Below, in pieces: positions 58,729 through 64,000 of a stretch of 64,000 nt of DNA. Numbering within the stretch: the stretch's first letter is position 1; each line of letters begins with the position of its first letter. Both the position numbers and the translations under genes were made by a program. The notes under the pieces were generated by a model that worked only from the letters and a program-made list of their open reading frames with translations, had not been told where the DNA came from and searched no databases. The DNA is taken from contig JAAYMM010000038.1 of the NCBI GenBank assembly GCA_012521335.1, positions 4,051 to 68,050 of the forward strand, read 5' to 3'. The stretch is from Bacillota bacterium (GTDB taxonomy: Bacteria > Bacillota > Limnochordia > Darwinibacteriales > Darwinibacteriaceae).

Positions 58729-59193
58729 TTATTCGGATGCTGACAGATATTTTTCTTCCAGCTTCGCCTGGACCGCCTTGGCGAACTCTTGAGCTCCAAA
58801 CAGGGAGAGATCCCTGTAATTGCCGCACTGCACAGGGCTGCGCGCTGGCACGGTGTCGGCCTCCAAGACCCGGCTCAAGGCTTTGATCAGGGCTCTGGCG
58901 ATTTCCCCTTCAGAGCTTTGGCCCAGCTTGATCAGGTAGAAACCTGTCCTGCAGCCCATGGGTGAGAGGTCAATGACCCCGTCCAGTTCTTCCCGGAGGA
59001 AACCAGCCAGGAAGTGCTCCAGGGCATGGACTGCTCCTGTGGGCATGATCTCCTGATTGGGCTGGGTGAAGCGGAGATCGTATTTGGCGATCACATCACC
59101 TTTGGGTGTGTGTACGATCCCGGCCTGTCGCACGTAGGGAGCCTGTACTATGGTGTGGTCCAGGGAGAAACTCTCCACGTTCGCTTTCTGCAT
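58729..59193 (-). CDS. luxS: S-ribosylhomocysteine lyase
   Basis: 154 aa; HxxEH metal motif (HALEHF), conserved LuxS N-terminus. Confidence 0.95.
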   Translation of the reverse strand: MQKANVESFSLDHTIVQAPYVRQAGIVHTPKGDVIAKYDLRFTQPNQEIMPTGAVHALEHFLAGFLREELDGVIDLSPMGCRTGFYLIKLGQSSEGEIARALIKALSRVLEADTVPARSPVQCGNYRDLSLFGAQEFAKAVQAKLEEKYLSASE

Positions 59194-59197
59194 GACT

Positions 59198-59884
59198 TCA
59201 CCTGTTTTCTACTTGATCGATGATTCGGTTGAGCTCATCGAGGAGCGTTTGGATTTTGTCCCCTTTTGCTTCTTGGTTGAGCATCTGGCGGGGAGTGATG
59301 TCGCCATTCCAGTAGATCCGGTTGGCGCTGGAGTTGTTGCTGATGGTTGAGCCTTCAAAAGATGCTCCGGCAAATACACCCTTGCTCATGGAGTAGCTGT
59401 ACATGGCTGCTTTGAGCTGGATGTCTGTGCTGGCTTCCGCCGAGCGGCCCACAGGCCCCGCGGCCATGGAAATATTGCCCCCCAGGGTAATGCGCCCTTC
59501 CTGGATACTCTTAATGCCCTCTTCCGTGTTCACAACCAGCACCAGGGAAATGCTCTGCACACCGATCTGCAGTCCGTAGGACAGGCCCTTCATCTCCACG
59601 AAATAGGGGCCGTACCAGGTGCCCGTGTCGGGGTCTCGGCGCAGTACTACCCCCTCGCCGTAGCGGCCGCCGATCCCCAAACCGGCCTTAATAACCGAGG
59701 GGAAGATGGCGATGCCGTGGGCACTGCGCAGCACGCTGTGCATCTGTTCAGCATCGGGCTGCCCGGCAATCTCCTTGAGTACAGAAGCAGCGCTGGCTAG
59801 TAGATCCTCGGGAAGCTCCGCAGCCGCCGCCAGGCCACTGGCCAGCAGCACGATGATCATGGTGAAACACAATAGCTTCCTCAT
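59198..59884 (-). CDS. secreted SYLF (Ysc84/DUF500) lipid-binding-domain protein
   Basis: signal peptide, glycine-rich SYLF-like repeats (GLGIGGRYG...GLQIGVQSISL). Confidence 0.55.
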   Translation of the reverse strand: MRKLLCFTMIIVLLASGLAAAAELPEDLLASAASVLKEIAGQPDAEQMHSVLRSAHGIAIFPSVIKAGLGIGGRYGEGVVLRRDPDTGTWYGPYFVEMKGLSYGLQIGVQSISLVLVVNTEEGIKSIQEGRITLGGNISMAAGPVGRSAEASTDIQLKAAMYSYSMSKGVFAGASFEGSTISNNSSANRIYWNGDITPRQMLNQEAKGDKIQTLLDELNRIIDQVENR

Positions 59885-59971
59885 CCCTTTTCCTTCCTTT
59901 CTAAGCTTTATTCACTGCTTGGGGCAACCCCGGCTGGAATATACATGGGAAGGAAAGGGGGCCCCAAGCGC

Positions 59972-60751
59972 ATGTCCCGTCTCTACATTCTGATCATCCC
60001 TAAAAGGGTGGGGTGGTTCCTATTTGGAGCCTTGATCTCGATGATCCTGCTCGGGCTGTACCACCGCTATCCCTTGGGCCTGCATGCCTTGAGCCTGCTC
60101 CACCAGGAGGTGATCTACGATATCATGCTGGACCCAGGCCACGGCGGCATTGACTCCGGGGCCGTAGGCCAGGGTGACATTTATGAGAAAGACTACGTGC
60201 TGGATATCGTGCTGCACATGGCCCAGTTGCTGGAGGCCCAGGGCCTCAAGGTGGGCTTGACCAGGGACACCGATCGCGATGTGAGCCACCTGGTGAGCGA
60301 AGGAACTCGCCACCGCCGGGACCTCTTGGGCCGTTTCAAGCTCATGAACCAGGCGCAGCTGGGCATGAGCGTCCATGCTAATGCCGCCAAGGACTCCACA
60401 GAGTCGGGAGCCATCGTCTTTTACATGCAGGACAGCTACTTGGGCCGCATCTACGCTCAACTGGCCTTAGAGGAGCTGGCCAAGGTCCAGGTGCTCAATG
60501 AGCGCACTCCCATACCCCGCAGCACACTGCTTCTGCTCAAGGCACGGCCTCCCGTTGTCCTTGTGGAAGTCGGTTTCATGTCTAATCCTGAGGACCTGGC
60601 CAAGCTGGGTGATCCTCAATTCCGCAGGGCGGTGGCGGGCGCTCTCTGCCAGGCCATTTTGCACTTCTGGGAATGGCGCCACGGCGAACAGTCAGAGCCT
60701 GGTGCGCAGGTCCTGCAGCAGCCGGTCAACCACCGCGTTGAGTCCCGCTAG
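59972..60751 (+). CDS. cwlD: N-acetylmuramoyl-L-alanine amidase (Amidase_3, CwlD-like)
   Basis: N-terminal TM, DPGHGGIDSGA zinc-amidase motif, SVHANA. Confidence 0.8.
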   Translation: MSRLYILIIPKRVGWFLFGALISMILLGLYHRYPLGLHALSLLHQEVIYDIMLDPGHGGIDSGAVGQGDIYEKDYVLDIVLHMAQLLEAQGLKVGLTRDTDRDVSHLVSEGTRHRRDLLGRFKLMNQAQLGMSVHANAAKDSTESGAIVFYMQDSYLGRIYAQLALEELAKVQVLNERTPIPRSTLLLLKARPPVVLVEVGFMSNPEDLAKLGDPQFRRAVAGALCQAILHFWEWRHGEQSEPGAQVLQQPVNHRVESR

Positions 60752-61408
60752 AACATCCTCCAGGGTCTGATAGAAGGCTTTGCTCGCCTGCTCGTCAGCC
60801 TCATCGGAAATGGCTTGGACGATCAGATAAGGAACTCTGTTCAGGGCAGCCACATGGGCGATGGCAGCAGCCTCCATGTCCGCGCAGAGTGCGGCGGGGA
60901 AGAAGCGCAGTATCTCTTCCCTCTGTTCCCGCGAACCCACAAACAGATCACCGGACACCACCAGGCCTTTGTGCACCCTGTGGGCACCCAGCTGTTCTGC
61001 GGCCGCAGCAGCCGCCAGCTCCGCCAGGCGCGCATCCGCGGGGAACAAGCTTTCCTGCAGGCGGGGAATCACTCCCCTTGCGTAGCCGAAGCTCCGGGCG
61101 TCAAAATCATGCTGCTGAGCTCCGGTGGCAACAACGATGTCCCCTATGCTCACCTGGGGGCTGATGCCACCTGCCACACCGCTGGTTAGAATCACCTGCG
61201 GATTGAAATGATCTATGGTATACTGTGTAGCTAGGGCGGCATTGACTTTGCCGATCCCGCAGCGAACAACTACCGCCTCCAGATCGTGGAGCTTACCTCG
61301 GTAGATGGGTAAGTGGGCAAAGGGGGTTGCTGCTTCTTGTTCCGCGTGCAGTTTCTGCCGCAGCGCGGCTACCTCTTCGTCCATGGCTGCAATCAGCGCT
61401 ACATCCAC
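60692..61408 (-). CDS. mtnN: 5'-methylthioadenosine/S-adenosylhomocysteine nucleosidase
   Basis: IAAMDEEV...GIGKVNAA...SGVAGG...AAIAHV PNP/UDP-phosphorylase-fold motifs; GTG 61408 with GGAGGTG RBS. Confidence 0.9.
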   Translation of the reverse strand: MDVALIAAMDEEVAALRQKLHAEQEAATPFAHLPIYRGKLHDLEAVVVRCGIGKVNAALATQYTIDHFNPQVILTSGVAGGISPQVSIGDIVVATGAQQHDFDARSFGYARGVIPRLQESLFPADARLAELAAAAAAEQLGAHRVHKGLVVSGDLFVGSREQREEILRFFPAALCADMEAAAIAHVAALNRVPYLIVQAISDEADEQASKAFYQTLEDVLAGLNAVVDRLLQDLRTRL

Positions 61409-61520
61409 AAACGTCACCTCCGCCTTTAGTCTACCACAAAGTGGGATCCCATGGAAGGTGACTAAATCACAGTGTCGTATTAGTCGCAGTGAAAGGCAGA
61501 TTGAAGAAGGGAATGATGCA

Positions 61521-62873
61521 ATGGTGAAAGAACTCGTTTTCAATCACAGCTATGCAGAGCCTTTTGTACACGCCCATGAGTTAGAGATGCTTGCGCCTTA
61601 CGTAAGTGAAGCGCACCGGCAGCTGCACGAGAGGACTGGCCCTGGCAGCTCCTTTTTAGGCTGGCTGGATCTGCCGCTACGGTTTGATCCGGCGGAGCTT
61701 CAGCGTATCAAGGAAGCGGCCCAGAAGATCCAAGAACAGTGCGAGGTGCTGATAGTTATCGGTATCGGCGGCTCCTATTTGGGGGCGCGAGCGGTCATTT
61801 CCGCCCTAACTCATTCGTTTTATAACCTGCTGGATAAAGAGGTGCGCAAGACACCTCAGATTCTCTTTGCTGGCCATGCCATCAGCGATAAGTATCTGAA
61901 GGACCTTCTAGAACTGGTTGCAGAAAAGGATTCTGCGGTCAACGTCATATCCAAATCTGGCACTACCACCGAACCAGCCATCGCCTTCCGCATCCTCCGG
62001 GAGGTTTTGGAGGAACGCTATGGGGCGGCGGGAGCCCGGGAGAGGATTTACGTCACAGCGGACGCTGCTTCAGGCGCGCTGCGCCACATGGCGGATCACG
62101 AAGGTTACACCAGCTTCGTGATTCCAGACAGCATTGGGGGCAGGTACTCGGTGCTCACCCCTGTGGGGCTGCTGCCCATCGCTGCGGCGGGTGTCGATAT
62201 CGAAGCCCTGCTGGAAGGCGCCGCGGCGGCCTGCGGTTGGTACGGGCGGCCAAGTCTCCTGGAAAACGGTGCGTACCAGTATGCTGCCCTGCGCAACATC
62301 CTTTACCGCAAGGGGAAGAACATCGAGATTCTGGTCAACTATGAACCGTCGCTATTTTTCTTCTGCGAGTGGTGGAAACAGCTCTACGGAGAAAGCGAAG
62401 GCAAAGACCACAAGGGTATTTTTCCAGCTAGTGTCAACTTCACCACGGATCTGCACTCGCTGGGGCAGTTCATGCAGGATGGCACCCGCAGCATGTTTGC
62501 CACCACAATCTGGGTGGATCAAGCTGCAGCAGAGATCTCGGTGCCTTTCGATCCCGAGGACGAAGACGGGCTGAACTACTTGGCGGGAAAGAGCCTCAGC
62601 GAAATCAACGGCAAGGCCTTTCAAGGTACGGTACTGGCTCACACCGACGGCGGAGTGCCCAATTTGGTCGTGGAAGTGCCTGAACTCACTCCTTCTTACT
62701 TCGGAGCTCTGATCTACTTCTTCGAAAAGGCCTGCGCTTTGAGCGGTTACCTGTTGGGTGTAAACCCCTTTGATCAACCGGGAGTGGAGATGTACAAGCG
62801 GAACATGTTTGCTCTTTTGGGCAAACCGGGCTTCGAAGCTGAGAAGCAGGCCCTGGAAAAACGGCTGAAGTAG
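61521..62873 (+). CDS. pgi: glucose-6-phosphate isomerase (short Gram-positive type)
   Basis: 450 aa; SIS motifs ([18 protein letters not shown]), catalytic GxSEGKDH region. Confidence 0.95.
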   Translation: MVKELVFNHSYAEPFVHAHELEMLAPYVSEAHRQLHERTGPGSSFLGWLDLPLRFDPAELQRIKEAAQKIQEQCEVLIVIGIGGSYLGARAVISALTHSFYNLLDKEVRKTPQILFAGHAISDKYLKDLLELVAEKDSAVNVISKSGTTTEPAIAFRILREVLEERYGAAGARERIYVTADAASGALRHMADHEGYTSFVIPDSIGGRYSVLTPVGLLPIAAAGVDIEALLEGAAAACGWYGRPSLLENGAYQYAALRNILYRKGKNIEILVNYEPSLFFFCEWWKQLYGESEGKDHKGIFPASVNFTTDLHSLGQFMQDGTRSMFATTIWVDQAAAEISVPFDPEDEDGLNYLAGKSLSEINGKAFQGTVLAHTDGGVPNLVVEVPELTPSYFGALIYFFEKACALSGYLLGVNPFDQPGVEMYKRNMFALLGKPGFEAEKQALEKRLK

Positions 62874-62881
62874 GAGGCGGC

Positions 62882-63835
62882 ATGAAGCAGGAACTATACC
62901 CACTGACCTTTCATCCGATTTATAAGGAGAAACTCTGGGGAGGCCGGCAGCTGGAAAGAATCTTGGGCAGAACCTTGCCTCCCGGGCCTATTGGCGAAAG
63001 CTGGGATGTGGCCGCCCATGCTCATGGAACCAGTGTGGTGGATCGGGGGCCCCTCGCCGGGAAGAACCTGCAGCAGCTGGTGGACGAATACGGTGAGAAG
63101 CTGCTGGGCGATCGTTTTTCGGGCTCGGGGACTTTTCCGCTACTGCTGAAACTGATCGATGCCAATGACGATCTGTCGGTGCAGGTTCATCCTGATGATG
63201 CTGCCGTGCGCCGGCATGGCGGTGAAGCCTTCGGCAAGACGGAGATGTGGTACATCGTGCACAGCGAACCTGGTGCCTGGATCATCTGGGGCCTCAAGCC
63301 TGGCGTGACCAAAGAGAAGTTCGCCCAGGCTGTGGATGGGGGCCGCGAGGCCATCTTGGAGTGCCTGAACAAGGTCTTTGTGCGTCCAGGAGAGGTCTAT
63401 CCCATCTCGGCCGGGTTGGTGCACGCCTTGGGCGCAGGCTGTCTGGTGGCGGAGATTCAGCAGAACTCAGACACTACCTACCGGGTCTATGACTGGGACC
63501 GCGTGGATGCCCAGGGTAAGCCCAGGGAGCTCCATGTGCAGCAGGCCTTGGATGTTATCGATTTCTCTCCCCAAGCACAGGACAAAGCTTACCACCTGGC
63601 CCGCTGTGCGCAGTACTTCCAATTTGAGGTGCTGGACAAGCCACAGGGCCTGGTGCTTGACTCAAAAGAGGGGTTTCAGATCCTTACTGCCTTAGGTGGT
63701 TCAACGCAGATCGCTTTTCAGGGGGGAGCTGTAGAGCTCGCGGCCGGTCAGTCCTGCCTGCTCCCAGCTGCCCTGGGGAGCTGCACCCTGCATGCAGCAG
63801 GTACAATCTTGCGCAGCAGTCCGCCTCGCCCGTAA
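62882..63835 (+). CDS. manA: mannose-6-phosphate isomerase, class I (short bacterial form)
   Basis: cupin zinc ligands (QVHPDD, EMWYIV, HA), 317 aa. Confidence 0.85.
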   Translation: MKQELYPLTFHPIYKEKLWGGRQLERILGRTLPPGPIGESWDVAAHAHGTSVVDRGPLAGKNLQQLVDEYGEKLLGDRFSGSGTFPLLLKLIDANDDLSVQVHPDDAAVRRHGGEAFGKTEMWYIVHSEPGAWIIWGLKPGVTKEKFAQAVDGGREAILECLNKVFVRPGEVYPISAGLVHALGAGCLVAEIQQNSDTTYRVYDWDRVDAQGKPRELHVQQALDVIDFSPQAQDKAYHLARCAQYFQFEVLDKPQGLVLDSKEGFQILTALGGSTQIAFQGGAVELAAGQSCLLPAALGSCTLHAAGTILRSSPPRP

Positions 63836-63881
63836 ACGGGTTTGGCGTGAACGTGCTGTGCCTGGAAGGGTGGGTGATAGT

Positions 63882-64000
63882 GTGATACACAGGCTGTCTC
63901 CGTGGCTGCTGGCTGCTTTGCTTGTGGGGCTGGTGCTGGGCGGTAATTCCGGGGAGGCCAGGCCGCTGCAGGTGGTGGCCACGTTTTCTATTCTGCAGGA
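63882..64000 (+). CDS. metal ABC transporter substrate-binding protein (ZnuA/TroA-like), N-terminal fragment continuing past window
   Basis: signal peptide then LQVVATFSILQD typical start of cluster-9 binding proteins; GGAAGGGTGGG RBS. Confidence 0.45.
   Translation, partial: MIHRLSPWLLAALLVGLVLGGNSGEARPLQVVATFSILQ

Overview
This is about 64 kb of chromosomal DNA from a moderately high-GC (about 60%) Gram-positive, Firmicutes-like genome. The gene order alaS–ireB–ruvX–DUF1292–mltG–U32 peptidase matches B. subtilis, and a CwlD-type amidase hints at a spore-former. No transposase, integrase, CRISPR array, rRNA or tRNA gene is visible.

**Housekeeping blocks**
- iscS(3' end)–iscU–UPF0597 cysteine-desulfidase-like gene.
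- alaS operon with an inserted DegV gene and an aldo/keto-reductase-ferredoxin fusion.
- U32 peptidase, rlmD-type rRNA methyltransferase, gdh, cardiolipin synthase.
- A complete hut operon that uses the formiminotransferase/cyclodeaminase branch.
- T-box-controlled tyrS.
- MarR plus a heterodimeric ABC exporter, mnmA, pckA, cca, sfsA, glnS, SYLF-domain gene plus luxS, cwlD-like amidase, mtnN, pgi, manA, and the start of a metal ABC binding protein.

**Accessory-looking island (about 13.6–25.3 kb)**
- Sits between rlmD and gdh.
- Carries a membrane GGDEF cyclase, a SAM methyltransferase interrupted by an in-frame TAG, an alpha/beta hydrolase, a GNAT, an Arc-like plus SPFH pair, a sugar ABC importer, a thiamine-diphosphate enzyme interrupted by an in-frame TAG, and an uncharacterised cassette (small ORF, compact DPPY-like methyltransferase, DxHHD protein).

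**Other candidate uncharacterised systems**
- Two adjacent predicted PIN-fold nucleases (YaiI plus an NYN–LOTUS–cold-shock-domain protein).
- A translationally coupled HAD-phosphatase / APH-type kinase / SAM-methyltransferase operon.

A second ROK-regulated sugar ABC importer and a REC-GGDEF regulator lie nearby. All annotations rest on motif-level reading of the translations and synteny only; no database search was run.
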